Notes: generated by a model from the letters alone, not told the origin. A stretch of 63,890 nt of DNA, filler included, from Craspedostauros australis (GCA_030167865.1; 13 parts of 13 records of this genome joined end to end with filler, not necessarily neighbours in it); one strand, 5' to 3'. Shown: positions 12,526 to 23,923, numbered from the whole stretch's first letter. Translations and numbers: made by a program.

Positions 12526-14484
12526 ATGTCACCATCGACGACGATGGCACGCAGCAACGCCGCAACGCCTCGGCTGGAGGTGCACAGCGCACAGGTAAAG
12601 CAGCAACCGCAAAAGACTCTCAAGCACAAGAGGAGGTACTGCAAGAGGGAGGGATGCGACAGCATCGTCAAGTCGCAGGGCCTGTGCCAAAAGCACGGTG
12701 CCAAGCCACGCAAATGCAGGGTGGAGGGCTGCGATAAGCAGGCGCAAGGCAACTTCGACAGGATGTGCAAGAAGCACTTCAAGGAGATGAAGCGTGCCAC
12801 CACGCCTCTCCCGTTGCCACCACCAGATAAGACCCCACCAGCTCCACCTGAGGGCGCGAGCGTGTACGATGATATCTTCACCAAGTCCATCAACTTCTTC
12901 CGCCGTTCGGTCGACGACAAGATGCCCCTCGTCGCGCACCTCAAGGAGGGTTTCGATACGCTCAAGCCACCAGCATGGCACCGCAACGAGGAGCGTCGGG
13001 CCAGAGGTTTGCACGTGGTCAGCAACCCGGCGACGCAGCTGGAAGGATGGGAACGTGAGCTGGTCTGGATGGAGATCCTCATGCTCACGGGCGCGCCCAA
13101 CGCCAGCTTCCGTCATTTAGCCAGAGGGTGGGGACGCGACAAGGGCTTTCACATGGTGCTAGCGCAGTTCATTTGCGAACGCCATGGCAACGTCGAACGT
13201 AAGAAGCGCAAGGGCATCAAGCAGAAGCAGCTGCAAGCCTCTGGCAAGATGCCACCCAAGAAGCCACGCCGCGCGCCTCGCAAGAGGTTGCATCCGGCCG
13301 GGTTGAGAAAGAATCAGACACAGCAGCTACAGCCACAGCAACTACTGCTTCAACAGCAGCTGCAACAGGCACAACAGCCACCGGCAACCAACGGAGCAGA
13401 GGAGGTAGACGCGGGAGACAATGACAACAGTGGGGTCATCTCGGCAGATGTTTGGGATGACACGCTCTACAACGATTCGCAGACCAACGAGTCGTTGGTG
13501 GCGGATATTTTCAACTTTTCACCGCAGGACTTTGCCAACATGTCCCATCGTTGGAGGTACGAAGATCATGAAGATGAGACGGCATCCGAGGCGGCCTCTG
13601 CGTCCACCAATCGCACCGAACCGACCCATGCCACACAGTACAGCGACATGTCACAGCAGAACGATGGGAGCTTCGCGAGTGCTATTGCCAATGGCGGTGG
13701 AGGCGGTGGTGCAGTCATACAGCAGCAACAACAACAACAACAGCCGCAACAACAGCAACATCAGATGCAACAGCAGCAGATTCATCATGGATATCCTCCT
13801 CAACAACAACAGCAGCAGCAGCAAAGATTGTTTCCGCATGTACTTCAGCAGCGACACGCTCAGCACCAATATCAACAAGCACAGCAACAAGCGCAATCGC
13901 AGCCGCAACATCAGCAGCCGCAACAGCAACAGCATCCTTCGCCCATAGCAGAGCAAGTCACGGCAGCTGAGAGCGTGGCGCAGATGCACAATCGAGCAGC
14001 AGAGGAGCCACCGCTGCTGCAAGTCCCAGAAGATCAGCCGGTGGGACAGCCCTTTGATGAACGCTTCAGTGAGCAGCAGCAACCACAACAGCAGCAGCAA
14101 CAACAACAGCAACAACAACAGGGACAGATCCAAGCAACTAAGCTCGAAGACAATCAACAACAGCAGCAGCAGCAGCAGCAGCAGCAGGACTTTCACTTCC
14201 AGCAACAGCAGCAACAACAAGCGCAAGCACAACAACTGCAACCGCAGGGACAGTTCCAACCGCAGCAGCAACGGCAACAACAACACCCACAACATACCCA
14301 GCCACAACAAAGTCAGCACATGCAAACGCCACAACAACCCAATCAAACAGCGACTCAGATGCACCATCAGCCGCAGCAAGTCCAGGAGCAACAGCAGATC
14401 CAGCAACAAGGACAGCAACCGCAGCAGCAGCAGCCGAAACAGCAAAAGACACAGCTCAATCACCCAGACAAGGAGTTTTGTTGA
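12526..14484 (+). CDS. WRKY19-like Cys/His zinc-finger repeat protein with polyQ C-terminus (putative transcription regulator)
   Basis: Two Cx4C...CxxH repeats (CKREGCDSIVKSQGLCQKHG; CRVEGCDKQAQGNFDRMCKKH), a basic NLS-like tract (ERKKRKG, PPKKPRRAPRKR) and a long Gln-rich tail. Confidence 0.75.
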   Translation: MSPSTTMARSNAATPRLEVHSAQVKQQPQKTLKHKRRYCKREGCDSIVKSQGLCQKHGAKPRKCRVEGCDKQAQGNFDRMCKKHFKEMKRATTPLPLPPPDKTPPAPPEGASVYDDIFTKSINFFRRSVDDKMPLVAHLKEGFDTLKPPAWHRNEERRARGLHVVSNPATQLEGWERELVWMEILMLTGAPNASFRHLARGWGRDKGFHMVLAQFICERHGNVERKKRKGIKQKQLQASGKMPPKKPRRAPRKRLHPAGLRKNQTQQLQPQQLLLQQQLQQAQQPPATNGAEEVDAGDNDNSGVISADVWDDTLYNDSQTNESLVADIFNFSPQDFANMSHRWRYEDHEDETASEAASASTNRTEPTHATQYSDMSQQNDGSFASAIANGGGGGGAVIQQQQQQQQPQQQQHQMQQQQIHHGYPPQQQQQQQQRLFPHVLQQRHAQHQYQQAQQQAQSQPQHQQPQQQQHPSPIAEQVTAAESVAQMHNRAAEEPPLLQVPEDQPVGQPFDERFSEQQQPQQQQQQQQQQQQGQIQATKLEDNQQQQQQQQQQQDFHFQQQQQQQAQAQQLQPQGQFQPQQQRQQQHPQHTQPQQSQHMQTPQQPNQTATQMHHQPQQVQEQQQIQQQGQQPQQQQPKQQKTQLNHPDKEFC

Positions 14485-15018
14485 CGAAACAGGAATAGAA
14501 GCATCACCTTGAAATTTGATCAATGCTATCACCTTTTTCAGTACTCTATCTTGAAGCCTTCTTTCATGAAAGGAATACTTTTCAGTGTCAACCCTTTGTG
14601 CTTGCTATTTACATCTGCTGAAATGCACGCACATGGGACAAGTAGAGCACATGATTTGAATCACACACTATGTTCTTGTCCAGTGCTCTTGTCCAGTTCA
14701 ATCGATTGTGCGCGATTGGAGAACTCGATCCAACGAGCATCGCACCATGCACGAATAGTAGTCCATAAGTTAACCGAACGCAGAATACCAGTGACGTATT
14801 GATGCTCAATACTTGTCGTTGAATGCAGAGTATGTAGAGCGCTATCTTTGTTCTTTGCGTGTGCTCATTTTGCGGATCTACCCGTCAAATCGGTCCTTTG
14901 AAAACAGAGGCATCCCATCACTATTGTCGCCGTCGTCGTCATCACCATTTTCATTATGATCATCGTCACCATCCAAATCTCATTGTTTGCTTTTGCTCTG
15001 CTTGTTCTCATTGCTGCC

Positions 15019-15600
15019 TTAGAAACCGTGCAACACGATGCTCTCTCCATGGCAGATTTCTTGGTCCACCAAAAAGCTTTTGACGTTCGTTCTCTGATCA
15101 CCTGACAGTTGGATGACTTCACCCACCTCCTCATCTTTCTGCACGGCACCGTTGCAGCTGAAGTTCTTCTTGAAGGCCTTGCAAATGCGCTTCACATCCA
15201 GATCATCGGCAAGCCCGGCGACGGTCGTGATACACTTGCGTCCGTTACGCTGCTGAACACGCACGTGGACCTTCTCTTCGTTGGAGGCACCTCCCTTGTC
15301 ACCAGCGTCCTCGAAGGCGTCTGCAAGGTGAATGGGTATGACATAGCGCAATGTTCCGCAATGAATCGCATGTAGTGTTGTGTTGAATTGTCGAGACGAA
15401 AGAAAGTGGAATGGAACGAAATGGAATCGATGGTTGAAGAGGGATGGGGTGTGCATGTTCGGGATCGTTAGCGAGGTCCAGAACGGGTCAAAACATTGGA
15501 TCATCACGGCTCATACACGTTCTCCATTGTGCTCAAACCACATGCCCGACGATCAACCGTAGACAGACGCACCAAATGTGTTGAATTGCATGGAAGTCAT
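15019..15600 (-). CDS. SUI1: Translation initiation factor eIF1/SUI1; exons 15573..15600 and 15019..15320, 109 aa
   Basis: KVHVRVQQRNGRKCITTV...FKKNFSCNG...VIQLSGDQR...VLHGF*. Exon 1 (MTSMQFNTF) joins in frame through a phase-1 GTGCGT...TTGCAG intron at 15321..15572. Confidence 0.95.
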
Positions 15601-16686
15601 GGTGCTGCTATTTCTCTTCGATGGTGACTTGTGAGTACGAGACTGTGCTTCGATTTCGTTTTGGTTTGTGTTGTTGTGGATGCATTCGATTTCGTCGCAT
15701 GTTTCAACACGCAAAGGCAAACAGAGATCGCGTCGCAGCGAACAAGAACGAACGGCGACAAACAACCACCATGGTCAATCGATGTTGTTTTAGGGGTGAC
15801 CTGCGTCTGCCCGTATGTCACGAGGTCGAAAGTGACAGGCCATCAATTTTCATTTCGTATTTACCGCAGCTTCCAATGCAGTCCATCCAATCGGGACTAG
15901 AGAGTGCGGAGTCAAGCGCAGAGTTAGCCCACATCAGTGAGCTCTGTGCTCTCTTGCTATGTCTGCGGGGCATGGTACCAACAGAACCATCGTTGATGAC
16001 AACATACCAGTACGTCTGTAGTTCCTGCATCACATCACGAAACATTGAATTTAAAGTTATGTAATTCCCCATGTTCTTCTTTCTTTGATGCTTCCATGCT
16101 AGAGTCCACGTCGCACTGACAGAGACATAAAAAATCCCCTCGAGCGAGTCGACCTGCCCTTTGACATGGACCTCCGTACTCATGGGTTTCCAAACCAAGC
16201 ACATACTCATAATCCTTAAAATCTCCTTATAAATACTTAGCCAATACATTGTTGAGCTAGGTCCTATATAGTTTTATGGACCCATCAATGTGCGCATTGT
16301 TGACCGTTTGCGGGTTTCAGCGCTGCGCTTCCGACTACATCGATCCAACTGGACGTGTTCCTGTTCTTTGTTTCAGCGATTTTGCTCCCATTTTGAATGA
16401 TTTAGTCTCTGAGCACGAGTTTTGGGATCATTTGGGCCGTGGGGGTCGTTGGGGTTGGAACGTCTGGTGGTCGGCTGGTGCGGTCATCCGATCGTTTTTG
16501 ATGACTCCTATGCACCACCAGTATAGAGGATATACATGAGCATGTGTCAGCAACAGAATCCTTTCAGAGCAGGAGAACACTCAATTTCGAGGACCTCAGC
16601 TCGAAACAGCAGCAACAACAACAACAACAACAAACGCTAGATAGGATCCTCTTCTGTGTGTCTTGAGGTCTCTCCCTTGCAGCATC

Positions 16687-16991
16687 TGTCGAGATGTACA
16701 TGTGAGTATATGTTGAGATGTACGCGTATATGTGCATCGTTCACCCGTTATTCTCTCATACGCACTTGGACGGTACAACTACATTCGTGTCGATTGTATA
16801 CTGTGATTCGTCAGAATCAGAGCGGAAAAGGAACACACGAAAATGAGCAGAATTTCTGGAGGAAATTTGCAATCAACGATTTCTGAGAGGATCAGGAACA
16901 TCGTCCGTCCATCCATTAATGGAAACGTATGGTATTGAGCGAAGCTCGAGGTACCTCCCAACTAAGCCCCAAATGACGATATCATCTGACA
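16687..16991. mobile_element. Solo-LTR-like element (TGTCGAGATG...CATCTGACA); family also starts at 28356 and 39451
   Basis: Three similar copies whose homology begins exactly at TGTCGAGATG, with unrelated flanks; TG...CA ends with an imperfect terminal inverted repeat. No TSD seen. Confidence 0.6.
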
Positions 16992-17389
16992 GTCCATTGC
17001 ATCACCAATGGAACGTGATGTCTGGAGAGCATATTAGCGCAACGCTTTATTCACCTGATTCGTTTTCTGATTAGTCTGTCCCAGCATGTGCTGAAACGAT
17101 GCTTTCCTCAGGCACATGGATTTCGGCATAAGGGACACACTAGGGAGTATCAGAGATGCGATCTGTCCGCCACCCGGTAAACATGTGATGTCCAATTCGA
17201 CCTGATATACTTCCCAACTAAACCTGAAGTGACACCTCCTCTGACAACCTCAAGCATCATCGATGGAATGTGGAATCGACAGAGCCATGGAATGGTGATG
17301 AGTGACGTCGACGCAGGAGACATCATTGCCACATCATGGGTCATCTCCACATCAGAACAAGATTGCAGAGGTGCAATGACCGAGAGCTG

Positions 17390-17580
17390 ACCTTGAAGAC
17401 AGCAACGCGAAATACAACTCAATGAAGATAACATAGAAACAGAAGTCACTCAACCCAAACAGTGTCTTCACTCAACAGCTCGTCACCCTCGTCCTGAAAG
17501 ACTTGATCTCTCTTGAAGGACTCGTGTGATTTCGCTGTGTACAATAACAAGTTAACAGAGCAGAAGGACGCCTACTGACA
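17390..17580. repeat. Dispersed repeat (LTR-like remnant), homologous to the reverse complement of about 39215..39385
   Basis: Shared cagaagtcactc...cagtgtcttc...cctgaaagacttgatctctcttgaa.gactcgtg.gatttcgct. Confidence 0.6.
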
Positions 17581-17623
17581 TTGACAGGATGTCATTGTGT
17601 CACCATGTTGACATCTGTCTCCA

Positions 17624-18507
17624 TGTCAGAAGCAGAAGGTGAAGATTCGATGACCGAAGGGCATCGAGATCATGGATACATGAAGAGGAGTTCAAATGGT
17701 AAGTACTCATGGAGTAGGAACCAGTAGCGAATGAATGGAGTATCGAATGCGGAGTACGCATTGAACATGGAGTATCGTGTAGTGCAAGTACACAATATTG
17801 AGAGAGAGAGAGAGAGAGAGAGAGAATACGAAGAGCAGCAAGAGAGCATCTCGCACACCGACTCATAGTCGGAGACCCAATCTACGAGACAAGTCAAACG
17901 CGTCGAGAGCATCGGGCAAGAGAACGGGCGTACACCGAGAGGATCGAAGTAGCCAAGTAATGAAATAGCAAACGAATGACTATCAACCAACACTGTCTTC
18001 CATGATCGTAGGCTTCCAATCACGGAACTTGCCAACAATCATTGATTCTTCAGTCTTTCTCACATCGATTGTTCATCCCTTTTTCATACAACCATCATGT
18101 CATCGTTGGTCACAACACTATTTGTTGCATCGTCATTTGTGTTCTTGGGTGACCAGAGGTTTATTTCTCTTTCTGGGCGTTTCTTACTTGTCAATCACAC
18201 AAGGTAACCATGTCCGCCAGAGGGGCGTGGATTCTCCATGGATATATTACATGTTGTTTCTTTGGATGAGACTCCACTCTCACCCATTGCCCTGCAGTGT
18301 TTGGATTCATTTTTTCTCACTTGGTTCTGTGCACATTTGGGACAGGCTTTATTGCAGGGCAGGACTGGTTGTGATACAGGGCAGGGCAGGCTGTAAGGTA
18401 GTCGGAGTGTGATCAATGTGGGTTGATTCTAATTGGTCTTAATGATACTATGGGGAGGTGTGTCAACTGTGGGTATCACGACATTGTTGCGCCCCCGGTT
18501 CCTGACA
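17624..18507. mobile_element. LTR-like element (TGTCAG...CTGACA), distantly homologous to about 38300..38773
   Basis: Shared blocks cttgggtgac, aaggtagtc...gtgtgatcaa and gggtatc...ttcctgaca end at the same CA in both copies; 6-bp terminal inverted repeat. The left boundary is inferred. Confidence 0.5.
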
Positions 18508-19329
18508 GATGTGTCAGCATGGATGTCGCTGAAACGTGATGTTCTCCAGGAGGCGTGGAAGCAAACATGTCTAAATTAGATACCTTGGTCATGGCAACGA
18601 CTCAAAATCGCTCGAGTTAATCCAAGCAGTATTCTGTCACGAAACAGTCGGGTGCAGTTTCACTGCTTGAGGAGTACACAGGAGCTGAAAGCGAAAGGCC
18701 TCTAATGAAAGCGCCTCTTTCTGCATTGGGACAAAAGGCGAAAATGAGCTGACACGAACGGAGTGAATGGGGGAGGTTTGAGAGCGCATTTAATTATGCT
18801 TGGACCTAATCGGCGCGGTTCCTTTTTCCGTGTCATCGATGTTTTGGTCCAGAACTTACGCGCGGCGTTACAGGAGCGCAAGAGTGTGCTGACGCGTTGG
18901 GGGCAGTTGGATGCAGGGTCTGACCACAACACTTAATGGTTCTTGATTGCATCTTGGGACTTTGGGAGTGTCTTTTTCCCGAGGACACACAAATTGAATA
19001 TCGCAAAGGCATTCTTCGTTGTTGTGATAAAATGCAGCGAATGACAGAAAGCAGCGCTTCTTATCGTCAGAGGCCTTTGTCCGCGGCAACCACTCCACTC
19101 CATGCATTCACGATCACCCATGATGACCCGAACGCGGACCTTGGCCAGTCCATCCGGAAAAGTGGATCTGATCATTCTGATTGCGAATTCCCAACCAGCA
19201 CAACCTCGTATTCCACCCGCCGACATGAAGGCGATCGTTCGTCTCCTCTCCGTTACTGCACAACCAGTGGGACGGGAGACGCACTGGAAGGCGAGCGTGA
19301 TCGAACCTCACCGAACAGAGAGGAAACGG

Positions 19330-19364
19330 CATCCTTCCTTGGGTATCCTTGGGTATCCTTGGGT
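19330..19364. repeat. Short tandem repeat, 10-mer (TCCTTGGGTA) x3
   Basis: tccttgggtatccttgggtatccttgggta. Confidence 0.7.
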
Positions 19365-19736
19365 ATTCCAGTGCAGGTTCGGCCTCCGCACCTCCATCCA
19401 AACCGCAAGGGAATTGCCACTCCAACACTCACAAATTCGGGCTCCAAGGCTGTTCCAATCTCACAAGCGGTCATTCCAGAAGAAGCACCGAGAAGGATCG
19501 CAGGCCAATCCACGGCAAGAGTCCTCCACAGCACTTCCACCTGACAAACCCAAGACGAAAGCAAACACGCCCACAGCGAGTGCCAATACCGGTGCCAACG
19601 ACAGTGACAACGACAGAGCAGCCAAGCACCTACGTTGGCGGCCATCGTGACAAACAATCACACGCAACAACAAACAAAAGCACGACCAAAAGCAGCATCC
19701 AGTCCTACCACTACCAGTATCTGCCTTCCCTCCACC

Positions 19737-22700
19737 ATGCCGATGACCATGCTTCCATCAGGAGCAGCAACGGCAACCAGTGTCACTAGCACCACCGGCA
19801 CCAACGTAAGTACCAACGCCAGGACCAACCCAAGCAACAGCCTCTCAACATCATCAGCACCTGCGAGAGAGTCGAGTAGGGCGTCCTCTGTCTTGCACGA
19901 GATGGTTCTCACATCGGGCGACAACTTCTATGATGATGGCTACAACCAGCATGAACTGAATATAGACGTGCCTCGCACTCTCTTCAAAGCCAACAACAAC
20001 GGCAACGTTGGTGGCAATGCTAATTCTTCTGATTCGTACTGCAGGAAGAAGGAGCTTGCAATGCTGCGACATGCATTTGATCAGATGATGACGCAAGGCA
20101 AGCAGCGCGGTGCATCTGCGTCCACAACGCCAGAAGCAACGCCGACATTAACATCAACGCCAATGCCAACATCAACGTCAAACCCATCCATTCCAGCCGC
20201 CTTCGTCTGGGGTGGCAGCGGGACGGGCAAATCTCACCTCGTCGACACATTCTGCGAGCGCATCAGCAACGAGCGCCGCAGCGACGGTGTGAACGTTCAC
20301 ATTATCAAGGGCAAGTTCGAGCAGCACCAGAAGAACGATCCCTACTCGGCCATCACACAAGCATTCTCCGATTGGTGTTCTTCGTTGCTGCTATCCACTG
20401 CTGGGAAAGGATCAGACAAGCAGAATGGAATGGCCAATAGCAAACAGAGTATATCATGGGGGGACGGCACTAATGACAATACTCATATGAATACACCTGC
20501 GAATACAAGTCTCAAGCGGTTGCGGACCAGAGTCAAAGCCAGCCAGATGACATCGGAACAAGCAGAGCTCTTGCAGACCTTCATTCCGCCCCTGTCCATC
20601 CTCTTCAACGACGGAGCGGATGCACAACAGTTTGGATCAGGAACACAGTCGCAGTCACAGGCACAGCCACATCCCAACTCCCGGACTTCGCAGATGCCCA
20701 ACAACGACACAGCATGGAACACGTTTCAGTACGCGTTCGTCCAATTCCTGACGGCCATTTCATCGAAGGCGTGTCCGTTGGTGCTGGTATTGGATGATCT
20801 GCAGTGGGCATCGCAGGACAGCATGAACCTTCTGTCCACCCTGCTGCATCGACCTCACTTCCTTTGGATGGGCACCATCCGGCAGGAGTACAACCCTCAT
20901 TCGCACGATGAGCTGTTGGATCCAGACGCCAGCCTGCCATTCATGAAGCTGCTGGACGAGATGCGGCAAGGACAGCCGCAGGACTTGCCAGCCGTTGCCA
21001 CGCCCGGCGTTGATACGGCAATAAGCCTGGCGCTGCCATACGTCAGCGTCCAGCTTGCCAACTTCACTCGACAAGAGCTGCATGACTGGGTGTCCCAGCT
21101 GTTTCGCCAGAGTGACAACGAAACCACTTCTCATGAGCTGGCAAGTGGTCATAGTCATGACCATAGCGAAGCCAAGGAAGAGGAAGAGGACGCCCGTGAT
21201 GAATACACCATCGATCTGATCAACAGCATCGTCGACTTCCTCTTCAAGCAGACTAAAGGCAACATCTTCCACGCCGTGCAGCTGCTGCAGGACATGGAAC
21301 AAAACAACGAGCTGACATACAGTCGCATCTCCTTCCAGTGGGAGCTTAACAGCGATCTCAATGCGAATAGCGATGCGAGCCGAAACACTCTCCCTGGGGA
21401 TTCGAGAGATGTTCTGCATCTCGTCACCTCCAAGTTAAGGGCCCTGTCCGTCGAGATGCAGAGGGTGCTGGCCATCGCCTCCTACATCCGATCATCGTTC
21501 GATGTCAGCCTGCTGCAGGCTGTGTTGGATCATGAACAAAATCATAGCCACAGTCACGGCCACGTCCACGAAGACATCTTCGAGAGTATCGATGCCAATG
21601 CACATGTCATCGCCGGTGCGAATGCTTGTGAAAGCACCGACGACGCCTCGAAGAACCAAAAGCACCGATCACTTTTCGCCTTGCTGGAACAGGCCGTGCT
21701 GGAAGATCTGCTACACAACTCGATTGGTGCAACCACGTATCGCTTTGCACACGATCGCATCCAGCAGGCAGCCCACGACCTGGTGCCGTTTGGGGAGACC
21801 CGGACCAAGCTCCGGCTCCGCATCGGCCAATGCCTTTGGGGGCTGTGCACGAGCGCGGAGTCCAGCATGGCGAATCAAGGCACCCCAGGACACGGCGGGG
21901 TGCACGCCTCGATCGCCAACGACACGGGGCTGATGTTCATTGCAGCAGAGCATCTGAACTGCGTACCCGACAAGGATCACCTGCGAACCATGCAACGGAA
22001 CCTCCGCACTGGAGAGCATGCTTTGCAGATGACCGCCCTCGTCCCGGCTGCGACGTACCTGCAGATTGCCGCAACCGCACTGCGAAAGCTCAAGTGCGAT
22101 CCATGGCAAAGTCACTACGACCTGACGCTCCGGCTGTTACGCGGACGATGCGACGTTGAGCTTCTGCTGGGGAACTATGAGCAGGGATACTCAATTGGTG
22201 AAGAGGTGCTGAAGCATGCCACGGCGCTCATCGACAAGCTCCCCACATACGATGCCATGGCGAGAGCTCTGGCCAAAGAGGGCAAGCACCAGAAGTCCCT
22301 TCAAATGAGCAAGAAGTGCGCGCAGATGTGCAGCTTGTACCCAAAGCGTGGCATCCTTTTGCGCGGCCTTCGCCAGCTGGTGTCATTGCGATCGTACTTT
22401 CGTCGCACGTCAGATGAAGAGTTTCTGGAGAATGCTACTGTCATCACGGACCCTCAGACGCTGTTGCCAATAAGCCTACTGAGGCAGCTCACTGCACGTA
22501 CGCTTTTGTGCAATGATACCAAGGCGTGGCTTCTGACCGTAACGCGTCTCGTCGACATCACAAGGCGGGTGGGCATATGCGGGGAGTGCGCGAATGCGAT
22601 GGTATCGTTTGCGATGATCCATAACAAGCTGGGTGAGTATACGAATGCCCGCAGATACGTGGAATTGGCCAAGAAGATTATCCGGAAGGTTGGCGAAAAC

Positions 22701-23918
22701 AATAGATACACGAGCTTCGTCTACTACCTGGCCGCGTCATTCATTGATCAATACTCCAAGCCACCAGCAGAAGTTGCATCGGACTTTCAGTACTCCTACA
22801 GCTCTGCTATGTCCAAGGGTGAGTTTGAGATTGGGATCCTTGCTCACTATGGATACATCTTCCACGCATTCAACCAAGGTTACCCATTGGGCGGCCTCTT
22901 GCCTGCCATTGACTCGGTCTTCGAGCAAATGAAGATGTACAAAATGAATGGGCATTTCGAATCGATCACCGAGTACACCAGCGCACCCAGAAAAATTGCG
23001 GGGGCGCTTCCCATCGATTGGCAGGAATGCATGGATTGGAAGAAGTACGAAAATTCGGCCTTCCGCTTCCAATTCGCTGCGTTCTGGAGTCGGATGTGTC
23101 TCGCCATATACTTCGGCAAGTACGAATTTGCGGAGATGCTCTACGAGAAGATGGTGGCAGGCAAGCTTGTGTCAACGGATGCCGCCATACAAACAATGAT
23201 CATCATGTTTTGTGGATTGATGGCGTCCAATCGGTACCGGAAAACGAAGCAGAAGAGGTTCATGAAGATACTCCGGCAGAAGAAACAGGAGCTCAAGAAG
23301 ATATGTGACGAGAAAGGCAATTCTGCGATCAACCGCTACCTTCTGCTCCGGGCCGAGATGAAGTCGATCAAGTCAAGTGCTTCGTTGCCAACCTATATCC
23401 GGAATTGCTACGAAGCGTCCATAGATGGTGCGGAGCGAGCGGGCCAGCTACACGAGGCCGGGTTGGCCTGCGAATTGGCAGGCGAGCATGTCTTGACATC
23501 TAGCGTCGATAGCAATGATCTGGCGCGGCCATACTTCACGAAGGCGATGGGGTTCTATCAGGCTTGGGGTGGTGTCGCCAAGTGCGCCGACTTCCGCAAT
23601 AGACGTGGCGAGTACATCGATGAAGATCAGGTGAAGAGAGGCGGGTGGAATGGAGTCGGCGGAGGCAAAGCATTTGCTTTCGAGATTCGTGATAAGACGA
23701 AAGCCAGCTTCGACATGTTGTCTGTGTACACACCAACAACAAATACCATGGCCCGGACATTTGCAGGCGCGAAGTCAGTGCAGCAAGCGCCCACCTCACC
23801 GAATGGCATGGGCGGAACTCATGTAAGCGCCGGTAGCAAGGGTAGCAGAGCGGCCGGCAGCGGTACCAACGATGATGACGACGATGATGATCATTCTGCG
23901 TTGAGCGATCTATCGTAG
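19737..23918 (+). CDS. STAND-class AAA ATPase (AAA_16 type) with a helical/TPR-like C-terminal half
   Basis: About 1390-aa ORF: Walker A GGSGTGKS, KGKFEQ...PYSAI, Walker B LVLVLDDLQWA, TKGNIF, YRFAHDRIQQAA and HEAGLACELAG...AWG. These motifs match the ATPase module of bacterial multi-sensor kinases. Start codon uncertain. Confidence 0.85.
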   Translation: MPMTMLPSGAATATSVTSTTGTNVSTNARTNPSNSLSTSSAPARESSRASSVLHEMVLTSGDNFYDDGYNQHELNIDVPRTLFKANNNGNVGGNANSSDSYCRKKELAMLRHAFDQMMTQGKQRGASASTTPEATPTLTSTPMPTSTSNPSIPAAFVWGGSGTGKSHLVDTFCERISNERRSDGVNVHIIKGKFEQHQKNDPYSAITQAFSDWCSSLLLSTAGKGSDKQNGMANSKQSISWGDGTNDNTHMNTPANTSLKRLRTRVKASQMTSEQAELLQTFIPPLSILFNDGADAQQFGSGTQSQSQAQPHPNSRTSQMPNNDTAWNTFQYAFVQFLTAISSKACPLVLVLDDLQWASQDSMNLLSTLLHRPHFLWMGTIRQEYNPHSHDELLDPDASLPFMKLLDEMRQGQPQDLPAVATPGVDTAISLALPYVSVQLANFTRQELHDWVSQLFRQSDNETTSHELASGHSHDHSEAKEEEEDARDEYTIDLINSIVDFLFKQTKGNIFHAVQLLQDMEQNNELTYSRISFQWELNSDLNANSDASRNTLPGDSRDVLHLVTSKLRALSVEMQRVLAIASYIRSSFDVSLLQAVLDHEQNHSHSHGHVHEDIFESIDANAHVIAGANACESTDDASKNQKHRSLFALLEQAVLEDLLHNSIGATTYRFAHDRIQQAAHDLVPFGETRTKLRLRIGQCLWGLCTSAESSMANQGTPGHGGVHASIANDTGLMFIAAEHLNCVPDKDHLRTMQRNLRTGEHALQMTALVPAATYLQIAATALRKLKCDPWQSHYDLTLRLLRGRCDVELLLGNYEQGYSIGEEVLKHATALIDKLPTYDAMARALAKEGKHQKSLQMSKKCAQMCSLYPKRGILLRGLRQLVSLRSYFRRTSDEEFLENATVITDPQTLLPISLLRQLTARTLLCNDTKAWLLTVTRLVDITRRVGICGECANAMVSFAMIHNKLGEYTNARRYVELAKKIIRKVGENNRYTSFVYYLAASFIDQYSKPPAEVASDFQYSYSSAMSKGEFEIGILAHYGYIFHAFNQGYPLGGLLPAIDSVFEQMKMYKMNGHFESITEYTSAPRKIAGALPIDWQECMDWKKYENSAFRFQFAAFWSRMCLAIYFGKYEFAEMLYEKMVAGKLVSTDAAIQTMIIMFCGLMASNRYRKTKQKRFMKILRQKKQELKKICDEKGNSAINRYLLLRAEMKSIKSSASLPTYIRNCYEASIDGAERAGQLHEAGLACELAGEHVLTSSVDSNDLARPYFTKAMGFYQAWGGVAKCADFRNRRGEYIDEDQVKRGGWNGVGGGKAFAFEIRDKTKASFDMLSVYTPTTNTMARTFAGAKSVQQAPTSPNGMGGTHVSAGSKGSRAAGSGTNDDDDDDDHSALSDLS

Positions 23919-23923
23919 ACGCG

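Noticed and set aside
13651..14532. Leu-rich 293-aa antisense ORF
   Set aside because: Shadow of the CAG/CAA polyQ tract on the opposite strand.
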